Part shown: piece after piece, positions 1 through 24,514 of the stretch
Numbering within the stretch: position 1 is the stretch's first letter
How the letters are laid out: each line of letters begins with the position of its first letter
NCBI RefSeq assembly: GCF_009914755.1
Contig: NC_060930.1
DNA from: the human T2T-CHM13v2.0 reference genome, Homo sapiens
Strand: one strand, 5' to 3'
DNA: 64,000 nt
Position numbers and translations under genes: made by a program
The notes under the pieces: model-generated
The model's input: the letters and a program-made list of their open reading frames with translations, nothing else
Database searches by the model: none
What the model was told of the DNA's origin: nothing

Positions 1-449
1 GCAAACAGGCCTTTAAAATGCATTGTTGAGGAAACCTATATCGACTTGACCACAGAATCTCCCAGTTCATGTGAAGTAAAAAAAGATGAGTTAAAATCAG
101 AGCCAGGATCAAATTGTGATAACTCGGAGTTGCCTGGGACTTTGCATAATTCTCACAAAAAGAGAAGAAACATTTCTGATCTAAATCATCCTCATAAAAA
201 ACAAAGAAAGGAAACAGACTTAACTAATAAGGAAAAGACCAAGAAACCTACCCAAGATTCTTGTGAGAATACTGAAGCTCACCAAAAGAAAGCCAGTAAG
301 AAGAAGGCCCCTCCTGTGACTAAAGATCCCTCATCATTAAAGGCAACCCCAGGGATTAAGGATTCATCAGCAGCACTTGCCACTTCTACAAGTCTTTCTG
401 CAAAAAATGTTATTAAAAAGAAGGGAGAAATTATCATTTTATGGACAAG
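1..449 (+). CDS. CASP8AP2: CASP8AP2/FLASH coding exon, 3' part (begins upstream of window)
   Basis: Frame 1 is open from base 1: ANRPLKCIVEETYIDLTTESPSS...SLSAKNVIKKKGEIIILWT, recognised as the FLASH C-terminal region. Ends at donor AAG|GTAAGA (449/450), phase 2. Confidence 0.95.
37..51 (+). other. CASP8AP2: SUMO-interacting motif YIDLT in FLASH
   Basis: Codons 13-17 read YIDLT with acidic/Ser flanks, matching the known FLASH SIM type. Confidence 0.75.
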
Positions 450-496
450 GTAAGAATCTTGTGAGACATTGAAATCACCAGGAAATTTTGCACTCA

Positions 497-1280
<784 letters not shown>

Positions 1281-1658
1281 CTAAAGATATCTAATCTGTC
1301 ATGTCTTCATAGCTTTATCATCCTAAAATAAGGAAAATGATGACTTCAAAAGTGGCCAAAGGTAGTTGAAGATACATTCTAGAGTACAGACCTGCTGTAC
1401 TGTTGTACAATCTAGAACAGTGGCTCTTAACCAGAGGTGTGCAGTAATACCATGGATATAGCTTTTCACTTCGAAAAGCTCTATTGTGAAGTTAAAAAAA
1501 GAAAAGTGAAGTGAAAAAAAGTTAAAAAGTGAAGGGAAAAAGTGTGTTTTAACTTCACTGTTTAAATTAAAAACTTACTTCATTTGGAAGGAACTGCTGT
1601 AAGCACATCTTAGAAGGAATGACAAGTGATGAAACACAGCAAAAAATCGAGTGTTGGT

Positions 1659-1705
1659 ATAGGTTGGTGCTGCAAAACCACAATTACTTTTGCAGCAACC
1701 TAATA
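1659..1705. mobile_element. MADE1 (mariner MITE) remnant
   Basis: taggttggtgc...caattacttttgcagcaacctaa terminal inverted repeat pattern. Confidence 0.65.
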
Positions 1706-1769
1706 GTTTGATTTTTCCTCCAGATTAGAAGTTTACAGTTTTGTAAACCGGTTGTACTTTTGAGGGTTT

Positions 1770-4940
<3,171 letters not shown>

Positions 4941-5086
4941 ATGAAGATATTTTTCTAAACATTAGTTCATCTCTTTATTATTGAAGATGACTTTGTCTGT
5001 CTTTAGCTGTCTTACGAAAGTATTCTTCAAAGATGAAAAAAGATTACTGAGGTATTTGTAATTAACATTCATTTTTAAATTTTCAG

Positions 5087-5139
5087 GTCTCAGAAAGATT
5101 CCAGCAGCTAATGAAGCTCTTTGAAAAGTCAAAATGCAG
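5087..5139 (+). CDS. CASP8AP2: CASP8AP2 penultimate coding exon
   Basis: Acceptor ttttaaattttcAG; encodes VSERFQQLMKLFEKSKC(R); donor CAG|GTAGTT. Unspliced read-through gives AGG TAG (stop at 5141-5143). Confidence 0.92.
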
Positions 5140-5727
5140 GTAGTTAATGGTTACACTACAGGAGACTAGTAAAATAAATGTTTGACACTGTAGTTGTGCA
5201 GTTAATGGCCTGTTAGTCATTGAAGATGTGAATAGTGGGTGAGAGACATCCAGTTGAGTTCCTGCTTCAGTCACAGGTTGGAGGATGATTGCTCGAGCAG
5301 GCATCTAAGGTGACCTCATCCACAGGGACGTGCTCAGAGTGAAGCCTGCTGCAGTTCAGATCAGCATGGCATCTCTCCTCAACCTTCTGATTGCTGATGA
5401 GTCTAAGGTGGGGGGAAATCCATTTGATTAATAATAAAGTTTTTATAGATAAATCAAACATTCTTGAAAAGCAGAATGTGGTTCATAAGCAGTGAAGTCT
5501 GTGTAGTGATGGTAATTTAATGTTTCTCACATTTTTAATTAGTGCTAATTAAAATACAAAACATTTATAAAGTTTGTCATCCCAATTGATGACATGATTT
5601 ACCATATTAAATTGTTAATAATGTTCACAGACATGTTTCCTCAGTTTTTGTTTTTGTACTTGTCGTACAAGTCTTTCTTGTACATACAGGTTTATTAGGG
5701 CAATAATATTTAAATTATCAGCAGAAG

Positions 5728-5887
5728 GCTGGGTGTGGTGGTACCCACCTATAGTCCCAGCTACTCGAGAGGCTGAGGCAAGAGGATTGCTTGAGCCCAG
5801 AAATCTGAGGCTAGGGTACTAGGATTGTGCCTGTGAATAACCAATACACTCCAGCCTGGGCAATATAGTGAGATCCAGTCTCTAAAA
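5728..5887 (+). mobile_element. FAM (fossil Alu monomer)
   Basis: Monomeric 7SL derivative with the diagnostic gcctgtgaata(g/a)cca segment. Confidence 0.7.
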
Positions 5888-6104
5888 CCTAAGTAAGTAA
5901 ATAAATTACCAGCAGGTTTTTTCTGTAGGATCTCTGCCAATTGCTTAAATATTTTGGATTTTTATGTAAGCAAAATTTTAAAGATATTTAATGTATCACA
6001 ATATTTTTAATTGATTTGCTGTCCTAATTATTTGAATGCAAAACATGCAGTTTTAAATGAAGTTTGAATTAAATCTGAATAGCAACTATATTTGGACATA
6101 CAGA

Positions 6105-7182
<1,078 letters not shown>

Positions 7183-7526
7183 AAAAATCTAAAACCATTT
7201 AATGAATTTGATATTTGAGATTTCTTTGCTTGCAGGATAGCACATATTGTGGGTTATTTCATTCGTAGCTTGCCTCTTAACTGATTTTTTTCCCCCACAA
7301 GTACTGTAGTCCTATTAAATTTTTGTCAATATCAAGTATAATGATAGTTACCAAACTGATTGCAAAAGCTAGGTTTTTTTTTAAATTTTGAGACCAACTG
7401 GAAGATGAGAAAGCTAGTTTATTAAACACCAATATCGTCTAAATGGAGCTCATTTAAGATAACACATTATGAGATAGTCCTATCAGAAAAATAGAATAAT
7501 AACTTTAGCATTTTCTTACATTACAG

Positions 7527-8155
7527 ATAAGTTGCTGAATTCCTGGGACTCTTAACTGATATTGCATACTACACAGAAGCTTCAAATTCCTCATGTTTTA
7601 AATGAGCACTAGAGGGAGGTTTATCACCTTTTTGGTTACCAGATGATAATCTATATTTGTTATTACTCAGTGACTCTCTAATTTCACATCAGCATGTTCA
7701 GCTTGTGCTAGTCATCATTCTGATTTGCTTATCTGTTTTTGGTCAAAATATTTATTTTTAAACATGTTAGAACTTACCAAAATGAAAGCAACAGTGATGT
7801 ATTGAAATCTTAGTTTTGATATTTTAAAGAAATGACTTTCTAGATTAAAAAAATAGTTTTGTAGCATTTTAAACTTAGTGACTATTTAGTTCAATTGTTC
7901 ATCCATTTTTTATTTGCTTTTATAATTGCCTCCTTGTTTTGGTATATTGTAAAATAATTTAAATAATGTATTTATAAATATGTATAATTATGATGTAAAA
8001 TACCGTGTGTATATGTATGTATGTGTGTTTCTGTATATGCACACACATAAACGGCTTTGCCTAGCCAAGGATTTTTTTTATCTGTATAAAACTTTTTGTA
8101 TAAAGTTTGCTTTCAATAACAGTAATGTATAATAAAACCATGTAAAGTTTTGTTG
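7527..8155 (+). other. CASP8AP2: CASP8AP2 terminal exon (last base of Arg codon, TAA at 7528-7530, ~620-nt AU-rich 3' UTR)
   Basis: Acceptor ttttcttacattacAG|ATAA completes AG+A (Arg) then TAA. Repeat-free AU-rich sequence; AATAAA at 8131-8136 followed by a GU/U-rich tract. 3' end approximate. Confidence 0.8.
8131..8136 (+). terminator. Poly(A) signal of CASP8AP2
   Basis: AATAAA with downstream gttttgttgtattttg. Confidence 0.75.
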
Positions 8156-8895
8156 TATTTTGATTCGAATGTTTCTTTTACTTTTATTGTGTTTAGGTAA
8201 TAATTTAAAAAATCAAAAGAGGTAAAAGTCCTAGGGGACGTAGGGTGCAATTTTGAAGTGGTTCCTGGTTGGGGTGTGGCTGGCTGAATGGTTCTGAGTA
8301 GATTGAGAAAACTGATTGCTGTTGCCTGCCTTCTCACAGCAAGTACTAGAACGGTGAACCATATCTCTGCTGCAGGTGTCCTCACAGATAAAATTAGAGT
8401 AGCACAAGAGCTTTTTGGGTGAAGCGTTGGAGAAAACAGGTGTAAGGATTGATTAGCTTGGGCATTACTTCTTCACCCTTCAGCCTTCAGACTCACAGAA
8501 CTTCTCAGTTAATAATCTAGGCCCTAGACTCTAGAAAAATTGCCATTTTTCTCAGGGTGTCCAAAGGAAGAAGCCCTGTCCTAAAAGATTACACATTGAA
8601 ATAAATAGCAGTGGTTTTGTAGTGCTAGGGCTCTCCAACATGGGGCTTGTCCCCTTCCCTCTCTTTGAACCCTTAATACCAACTAGAGGGTTGGCCATCA
8701 GTCCTTCTCCAGTGCATACTCTCACTCAGAAGATCTCATACCACCAGGTAAGTGAGTTCACAAACAATATGATAACCGAAAGATACTACTGGTTCAAAAG
8801 AAAACTGGATTACATAAGACTTTCAGAATCTAAAATGAAACTAATAAACATTAAAAGATGTTAGCAACGTGATACAGGAAATAATGAAACATTTA

Positions 8896-8991
<96 letters not shown>

Positions 8992-9639
8992 TCATGAGGT
9001 CAGGAGTTCAAGACCAAGCCTGCAAGATGGTGTAACCCTGTCTCTACTAAAAATACCAAAATTAGCTGGGCATGGTGGTGGGTGCCTGTATTCCTAGCTA
9101 CCCGGGAGGCTGAGGCAGAGAATTGAACCCGGGAGGTGGAGGTTGCAGTGAGCCAAGATCACACCACTGTGCTCCAGCCTGGGTAACAGAGCGAGACTCA
9201 AAAAAAAAAAAGGGTAGATACAGGTGCAGAATAAACTAGTTGGAAAATCAGGCTGAGAAACCACCAGAAGGAAGCAAGAAAAAGAATACAGGAAATATGA
9301 AAGCGGATTTAAGCAAGATGGAAGCCAGAAGTAGGTGTGCCAACATTCAGGTAAGAGGCCTAGAAGGAGGAAAAAAATAGAGATTGAAAGGGCCATAGGG
9401 TGCCAAATGAGAGACATACTGAAATTGAAGAGTATCAAGGTAACGAGAAAAATCTAAAAGCTTTTAGAGTAAATGTATAAAGGAACAAGAATAAGATTGA
9501 CTTCAGTCTTCTCAAGTGCAATACTGGGTGCAGGAAAATAATGTCATATTTAAAGTACCGGACTTAAAGTTTTAGTCTATCTAAATTTGTCATTCACATG
9601 TGAGGAATTAATAAAAACATTAAGATTTACCAAAGATCT

Positions 9640-10900
<1,261 letters not shown>

Positions 10901-10909
10901 AAGATTTGC

Positions 10910-14265
<3,356 letters not shown>

Positions 14266-14379
14266 ATTTTTTTCTTTCTTAATGTCTTGTAAGGTTTTGG
14301 TATCCAAGTTATGCTGACTCTGTAAAGTGAATTGGAATGTGTTCCCTCTTTTTAAATTCTTGAAAAGTTACATGATAAG

Positions 14380-16610
14380 ATCAGTGAAAAACGTGAGCAT
14401 AAGCCCATTGCTGAGCTTATTCTCCTGTGAAATCTGTTTCTTGAACAGAAAATGTGTACAATGCCATAATGGCGAATAAGTATTCCATTAGGCTGTGCTT
14501 GGTGGTGCTGACAAAAGCATTAAGGTCAGGGAGGTAAATCCATACTTGGAGAATACGTCTCTCCCAGTGAAAACAAATTACATTCCCCTCCATGGATAGG
14601 GTCAGTCTGATGTAAGAAACCTGCTAGTAGGTAGTTGGCTAGTCCATATTGGGACTTAACTTTGACTTTGTTCTTGACATGCTAAGCCTTCCACAATGGA
14701 GGCACCCAGGTCAGCTCTGGTGAGTGGAAATCCATGTCGCTGAGCCCATAGCCTTCTTTCTCACCACCATGGTGATTTTGTTTATGGGTCCATTGAGCAA
14801 GCACTGGATTTGCAAGGGAAAGACACAGACTGACATCCCCAGAATGTATTATTTTGTTCATTTCACTATTGAGATTCTCTTCTACAGTAGGTGTCTTTGG
14901 TGAACACTGACATAAAACACAAATATCTTCACATTTTGTCTCTAATCCTAGAAGTCCCTTCACGATACTTTTTTCTTAGACCTTGTCACATTTTGTTTTT
15001 TCCAAGTCTTAAACCATCCAGCCAAACCTTTAACCACTTCCCTTGAATGTACATCCTATGTCTGGCCCTTTCCCACTCCAGTTGAAGAAGACAATCATAT
15101 ATGCTGCTCAAAGTTCTACCTCCCAGGAGAATTTCCCTTCAACATTATCTCCTGGTTGGCATTGTAACATTGCAGCAGTCTATTTCTGGCCTTTGCTGGC
15201 ACATCAGTCAGAAACATCTGGAAAATAGGCCCAAATATTTTTTCTCCCCCCAAGTTAACCGGTCATAAGGAACTTCATATGAGGCTCTAGGTGTTGACTG
15301 AGTGAGAAAAGAAGCAGGTACAGTATTGGGTATCAGAGGAATCTGCTTATGCAACTAATACACCTTCCAGACCTGCTTCAGCCTGATGTTTTATATAACA
15401 TTTACACTTATTGATGTATTGCTGCTGTGTGTGCCCAACCTTATGGTGGCATGGATCAGATAATACCCAGTTCATTCTGGATATCTCAGGTCACCTGGTC
15501 ACTTGACGTACCATGGTCAGGCATTCAGTCTCTAACAGGGCATAGCTATGCTCCAGAATGCTGAAGCTCTGCACTGTGATTCTTTTATTAAGGCTTGCTA
15601 GAGCCTCCATGTGACATATTGTATTAATCAGTTCTCATGCTGCTGATAAAGATATACCCAAGACTGGGTAATTTATAAAGAAAAAGAGGTTTAGTGGACT
15701 CACAGTTCCACATGACTGGGGAGGCCTCACAATCATGGTGGCAGGCCGGAGAGCTTGTGCAGGGGTACTCCCATTTACAACACCATTAGATCTCATGAGA
15801 CTTATTAACTACCACAAGAACACTATGGGGGGGAAACCATCCCATGATTCGATTATCTCCACACGGCCCCACCCTGGACACCTGGGGATTATTTCAATAC
15901 AAGGTGAGATTTGGGTGGGGACACAGCCAAACCATATCACATATTTATTAGCTAAAGTTTCTTTGAATTCATCTAATTTGCTGGGATTTTGCACACTCTT
16001 GCACTGCAGACTGAACTTACTGCAGAGTTTTTTCTTTCTCTGTTTCCCAGGAAAATCTCACAGCCTTACAGGTTATTCATTTAATGGACCAGAGTAGCAT
16101 ATCAAATGACTTCCATAATTCACAAAGGCTTATCAAGCATTGCACCTTTTTTTTGTATGGTGTTGGTGGTAGTGGTAGTTATAGTGCAAGGGATAGAAAC
16201 TACTTTCACTTGGGGAGGACTGGATCTCTAGAAACTTTGCTGAAGTGGCAGGTCCCTTAATTTTTGTGGGGCTTGTATTCTACCCTGTGGCCTGCATTTG
16301 TCTTCTTACTAAAATATCGACAGTACTTTTCTCTTGCTCATCAGGTCTAATCAGCATTATGTTATCAATGTAGTGACCCAGTATGATATTCTGGGGGTTA
16401 TCAAGCTCATCTAGACCTCTGTGGCCTAGATTATGGCAGAGAACAGGAAAATTGATGAAGCCCTTAGGCAAGATGGTGAAAGATGTATTGTTGACCCTGC
16501 CAGATAAAAGCAAATTGTTGGAGGTTGGCAGCATACATTCTAACACTCCAGGGCCTTATAAAAATCAAGAAAGTAGCCATTCTCAGATGTCAGGCCTGCT
16601 CAGCTCATGG
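14380..16610 (-). mobile_element. ERV-L (HERV-L-like) internal pol remnant
   Basis: Minus-strand peptides FTILPKGFINFPVLCHNL...HYIDNIML (RT LPQG and YIDD motifs) and PVLAQWTHKQNHHGG (start of integrase zinc finger) resemble ERV-L Pol. Boundaries approximate. Confidence 0.8.
15620..15939 (-). mobile_element. THE1 (MaLR) solo LTR inserted in the ERV-L remnant
   Basis: Reverse complement begins tgatatggtttggctgtgtccccacccaaatctc; perfect 5-bp TSD CATAT at 15615-15619 and 15940-15944. Confidence 0.9.
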
Positions 16611-16681
16611 AAGCTTAGAATTAAAAATATATATATATATATGTACATATATATATTTCATAAAAATATATATTCCTATAA

Positions 16682-18250
<1,569 letters not shown>

Positions 18251-18464
18251 CTTTCAAGACTTTAATCTCTGCAATTGCACTAATCTCTGCAATTGCCCTG
18301 AGGATGAAGTATTGTTTTTTTGTGGGGGAATTTAAATCTTCCATCCAACTCTTTCCTCTATTATGTCCTATCTCCTCTGTGTTATTTCCTCTCCTCTTCT
18401 TTAATTTCTTTTAGGTTGATTATTTTTAATTCAATTTTACCTCTCTTAACTTTATTGTTCTCTG

Positions 18465-18538
18465 AGAGATTACACATGCATCCTTTACTTATCAATGTTT
18501 AAGAGATTACACATGCATCCTTTGCTTATCAATGTTTA
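18465..18538. repeat. 37-bp tandem duplication
   Basis: agagattacacatgcatccttt(a/g)cttatcaatgttta x2, one mismatch. Confidence 0.9.
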
Positions 18539-19149
18539 ATATTCTGACTCTGACAAAATGCATTCAATGTATTACATTCATTACTTTTCAGGTGACTTTT
18601 TACCTAATACTATACAAATACAGTTATTAATACATCATATGTTTTTACCTCTAGTTAATTCTGACAGATAATTTGTACTTTGGGCTGATGTGCCAGGCTA
18701 GTGGAAGTTTAATGTCACCTGTCTACCTTTCATTATCATCCTTTTTTAAAAACTAAATGACCAAAAATAGAATAGGCAGATGATAACGATGAACTATCAG
18801 TAATTTTATGCACTTCTACATTTTATATGGAAAAGAGCAGGCTTAGAAATGTGCCTCAGAGCTGTGATCTGAAACCCTCATTGGGTTCTAGTGATGCCCT
18901 TGCGGTCAACACCTCTTAAGATGGCAAGAAGATTATATGCTTGAGATGTGACTAGCGAAAGATGCTGCACACTGAGAGTTTGGAGACCTGGTCTATCAGC
19001 ATTGGGCAAGTCGTTTGACCTCTCTGGAATTCTCATTCTTTCTCTACAAAAATCAGACCTAGGTTTCTAAGGCTACTACTGGCTTCCAGATTCTCTATTT
19101 AGAAAGAAAAATATTTTCTTGAGCCATATGTTTTGACCTAATAGAATAT

Positions 19150-19301
19150 TGCTACAACAAGAATGGTGATGCACACCTGTAGTCCCAGCTACTCAGGAGG
19201 TTGAGGTAAGAGGATCACTTGAGCCCAGGAGTTGGAGTCCAGCTTGGGCAACAGAGCAAGACCCTATCTTTAAAATACTAGTACTACTACTACTACTACT
19301 A
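19150..19301 (+). mobile_element. FLAM-type Alu monomer with (TAC)n tail
   Basis: Monomer sequence flanked by ctaatagaatat at 19138-19149 and 19302-19313. Confidence 0.7.
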
Positions 19302-19393
19302 CTAATAGAATATCGGCACAGAAATGGACGGCATGCTGTGGCGGGGCTGGTGCAAGATGCCGCTGCGGGTTCAGGTGTTTAATTTGCAGTAGG

Positions 19394-19783
<390 letters not shown>

Positions 19784-20851
19784 TTAATCTTGAGCTCCAG
19801 CCTGTCGTCCTGTACGCTGCTCTGAGGAGGCGGCTGTGGAGCCCATGCAAGTCGACAAGGACCTCCCGGAGGACCTGCAGAATGCACCCGACATCAACTA
19901 CTTGGTGGACGCCACCCTGGAACTGGAGCAGTGCGTTGCCAGTTGCAGCGGCCTGATGTGCACTGAGCGGCTGCAGTTTATTGCTGACTGACTACTGCCC
20001 CTTGCTGCGGGTGGATGCCCTGAATATGGCGCTCTCCTTCCTGCAGAGAATCTTTAACGTGGACCTGTACGAAGAGGTCCACCGGAAGCTCTCGAAGAGG
20101 TCCACCTGAAGCTCTCGGAGGCCACCAGGAATCTGAGGAACTCACCCGACGCCATCCTTGAGAGTGGCGTGGAGCCCCCGTCCCTGGACACGGCCTGGGT
20201 GGAGGCCACTCAGAAAGAGGCCCTGCTTAAGCTGGAGAAGCCGGACGCAGACCTGAAGAACTACAAGCGCAACTCCACCAAGGAGCGCACCAGGCGCGGC
20301 CATGATGATTCAGCAATGCCCTCAAGTGTCACTCACGGCCTGAGACTACTGCAGCAGCGCCAAGCACGCCATCAACATGTCCTCAACGTCTTCAAGGTCA
20401 GCGTCTACTTGCAAAATTGGCCTTACGTGCTGAGCCGCGTCAGCAAGGCCGAGTCCACCCTGGAGATTGCCTAGCAGCGAGGACAGAGGGGCAGCCAGCC
20501 AGGCGCAGGCGGTCCTCACCCAGCTTCAATGCGCTGGAGGCTTGGCAGAGCTGGTCGCGAGGAAGTACAAGCAGGCTGCCAAATGCTTCCTGCTGGCTTC
20601 GTTTGATCACTGTGACGTCCCCCAGCTGCTGTCCCCCAGCAACGTGGCCGTCTGTGGGGGCCTATGCGCCTTGGCCACCTTCGACCGGCAGAAGCTGCAG
20701 CGCCGCCTCATCTCCAGCAGCTCCTTCAAGTTGTTCTTGGAGCTGGAGCCGCAGGTTGGAGACATCGTCTTCTAATTCCACGAGTCCAAGCGTGCCTCGT
20801 GTCTGAAGATGCTGGACGATGCCTCGTGTCTGAAGATGCTGCACCTTTAGC

Positions 20852-21067
20852 CTTGAGGCCAGGAGTTTGAGACCAGTTGGGTCAACATGGCGAAATCCCG
20901 TCTCTACTAAAAAATACAAAAATTAGCTGGGCGTGGTGGTGCCTGCCTGTAATCACAGCTACTCCGGAGGCTCAGGGAAGAGAATTGCCTGAGCGTGAGA
21001 GACAGAGTTTGCAGTGAGTCGAGATCGCGCCGCTGCACTCTAGCCTGGGAGAAAAAGAGAGACTCTG

Positions 21068-21120
<53 letters not shown>
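20852..21120 (+). mobile_element. 5'-truncated Alu with (CA)n tail inside the GPS1 pseudogene
   Basis: Starts mid left arm (ttgaggccaggag); (AC)n at 21071-21118; no clear TSD. Confidence 0.85.
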
Positions 21121-21121
<1 letters not shown>

Positions 21122-21801
21122 GGAGGAGATGTAGGACGACCTGCTCTTGGACATGTGTACCTCCCCCACCCCCACTCCCTCACCGCCCCACCGTCAGGAC
21201 CCTGTACGCCCAGATTCGCAACTCTGCCCTCAACTCGCACAGGGTGGCCGTGCCCTTAGCCCCGCTGTGGCAGCCCGGGAGGGTGAGCTGACGCAGCAAG
21301 TCCGGGAGGGGCTGACGCGCCCGCGTGGACTCGCACAGCAAGATCCTGGACGCCCGGGATGTGGATCAGCGCAAGCACCACCTTCGAGAAGTCTCTGCGG
21401 ATCAGCAGGGAGTTTCAGCACCGCGCCAAAGGCCGGATGCTGAGGGTAGCTGTGCTGCGCAACCAGATCCACGTGAAATCCCTTCCAGAGAAGGGAGCCC
21501 GGGGAGCGACTCCGGCCAACAGCCAGTCCCGGTGGACACCAGCTTCTTAGGGGTCAGCCTCCAGGACGTCTGCACACCCTCCCGCCCCAACGGACCTGTT
21601 CACTTCGAGGCAGCTCTGTGCCACCCGCGGCCCAGTGGAGAGCCTGGCTGTGTGCCCTAGCACCCCGTGTGCCCTCGCACCCCATGTGCCCTGTGCTGGG
21701 GCCTGGGAGGCAGGCGGCTGCTAGCCATCCTGGAAGGCGGGGCCTGTAGGGCTTGACCGCGTGGGTGTCTGTACCTAGGAAGCAGGCTGTGCAGCGCCTA
21801 G

Positions 21802-22560
<759 letters not shown>

Positions 22561-22699
22561 TAAAAATGTTTATTCTCTTTTTGAGATGTTTCTTCTTTCA
22601 GCATGGCATGATTTGCAGTAACACTTTAGGTTTGATTGCCACTCCATTACTATTTGTTCACATTTATGAGGCCACACTCACCCCAGGCAGTTGTTTATG

Positions 22700-23044
22700 A
22701 AATCGGACATGACTCATTGATCTGTGAGCATCGATTCCTAGAACAATCAACAGACTGAAAGAAATGCACCCAAACTTAAATCACTGTATGCATTCACCAA
22801 CGCAAAAGGAAAATTCTCATTTGTTTCACTTTTCATTTCCAAATATGATATACCAGGAGAGGTCCCAGCTTGGTATCAATTAGAAAAAAATACTGTAAGA
22901 AAATTGCAAAGCACCAGAGGACATTTTGAACCTTGGGGGAGGACTAGGTTAGACTCCATTGATCAAAATAACTGTGCTCATTCTGGATTAGGGCCCCACA
23001 GCCACCTGATCAGAGCCTTTATATCTGCAACCAGCAGCAATTTT
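22700..23044 (+). promoter_or_regulatory. Candidate GJA10 promoter
   Basis: Repeat-free. Onecut-type motifs ATTGAT 22716 and 22958, ATCGAT 22730, ATCAAT 22875; Otx/Crx GGATTA 22985; E-box CACCTG 23003; TATA-like TTTATAT 23018-23024. Confidence 0.5.
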
Positions 23045-23119
23045 TCCACTAATGAGCCACACACGGTGCAACTTTGAGGTTCTGCGAACCCAATCGTGAT
23101 TTTTTTGTTCACTCATAAG
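23045..23119 (+). other. GJA10: Candidate non-coding exon 1 of GJA10
   Basis: Starts ~25 nt after the TATA-like box (start approximate) and ends at a perfect donor AAG|GTAAGT (23119/23120). The coding exon has an acceptor at 28146 that requires an upstream exon. Confidence 0.5.
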
Positions 23120-24351
23120 GTAAGTAGTAAATATGTGGACTCTCTTGTTTATGAGAAATATATAGAAAATCCTTGTGGGTATAGAAAACAAGATCTGAAA
23201 TAATATGCAGAAAAGGGCCATCAGCATTTTACATAGGATATGCTAAATTTGTATTTGATAATAAAAGAAAATTCAGTAATATTTCTAAGACCCACATTCA
23301 TTTAATGGTAAAAAGTAGTTATTTTTAGAAAACGGACTAGTTGTCTAAAGGACAAAATGTCTTGTATTCTAGTATGTAAGATTGTATTTTTGTTTTTCGT
23401 ATAGGCTAAGCTCGGTTTTCCTTTCCTTGCTATTTAAAAATAATAATTTCCACATTTTAAAGAGATAGTGGCAAAAAGAAGTATTATATAGTTTAGTACT
23501 GCCAAATAGGAATAAGATTGACATAAGTTAGCTTTCCCACCTCAGGGTTTTTATATAAAATAGAAGCTATAGATTTTTTTTAAGTGCTAAAGGAATCCTT
23601 TATTTTTTTTCCGGATCTCTACCTGCAGAGGAAATCCCTTTTTAAAATAAAGAATAATGACCAGAAAGTTTTAAGAGAATAATTATGGGAAAAGACCAAA
23701 ACTTTAAGACAGGATAGAACTTAGTAAATTATTGCTTTTGGTTAATGAGGTCTGAGTCCTCATTTTAATATCTAATTTTTATTTGCAAGTAATATAAATG
23801 ACTGCATTCTTAATTTTTGAATCTCAAACAATTCACAAGTATATAGAGTAAATTATAAAAGTCTCATTAATACCTCTTCCAAATTCTGAGAGGTATCTAC
23901 CACTTTTTCAATTTCATTAAAAAATTATTTATATTTATATACGTACATACAGGTAAAAATGTACATAAACATACACTTTTGATAAAAATCACTTATGCTT
24001 TCTTAGAAGTCTTTTTTCCTTTCCTTTCTCTTTTTAGCCTCTCTTTTTTCCACCTTAACTTCCCGTCCACTCTCATCACCTTCAACAGCTCAGGTAACCT
24101 ATATTAAATTCCTGGTGTGTATCCTTCTGCATTTTTTTCTCCATGCTCAATTAAATCACATACATATATATCTCATATACACATGCATACATATACATGT
24201 ACATTTATAGAATTTTGTTTTACTGAGTGATTTACAATTCCACACTGAATCTTTGGATTAATTTGGGAAGAATTGACATCTTTACCTATATTGCAATTTT
24301 CAATCCCTGAGCATGGTATATCACCATTAAATTAAATTAATTTATATAGTG

Positions 24352-24389
<38 letters not shown>

Positions 24390-24514
24390 TTGGCATTGTC
24401 AACTATTCCCCTTCTTGAAACTCTGGCTTTGGGCTTTGGTTTCAGAGACAGCACCCTCATGATTTTCCTCCTCTTTCTCCTTGGCCATTTCTCATATTTA
24501 TTTGTAGATTCTTT

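Noticed and set aside
46-453. 135-aa stand-alone ORF
   Set aside because: It is part of a CASP8AP2 exon. The frame is open from base 1 and the stop lies in the intron after the donor at 449.
18260-18538. Short direct repeats as a CRISPR-like or regulatory array
   Set aside because: Only isolated two-copy tandem duplications (18 bp and 37 bp) with no spacers, in eukaryotic DNA.
21170-21192. ctccctcaccgc resemblance to 7SK RNA
   Set aside because: Only ~12 nt inside a C-rich expansion of the GPS1 pseudogene; the flanks do not match 7SK.
22988-23227. 79-aa minus-strand ORF over the candidate GJA10 exon 1
   Set aside because: No recognisable homology; chance ORF in AT-rich DNA.
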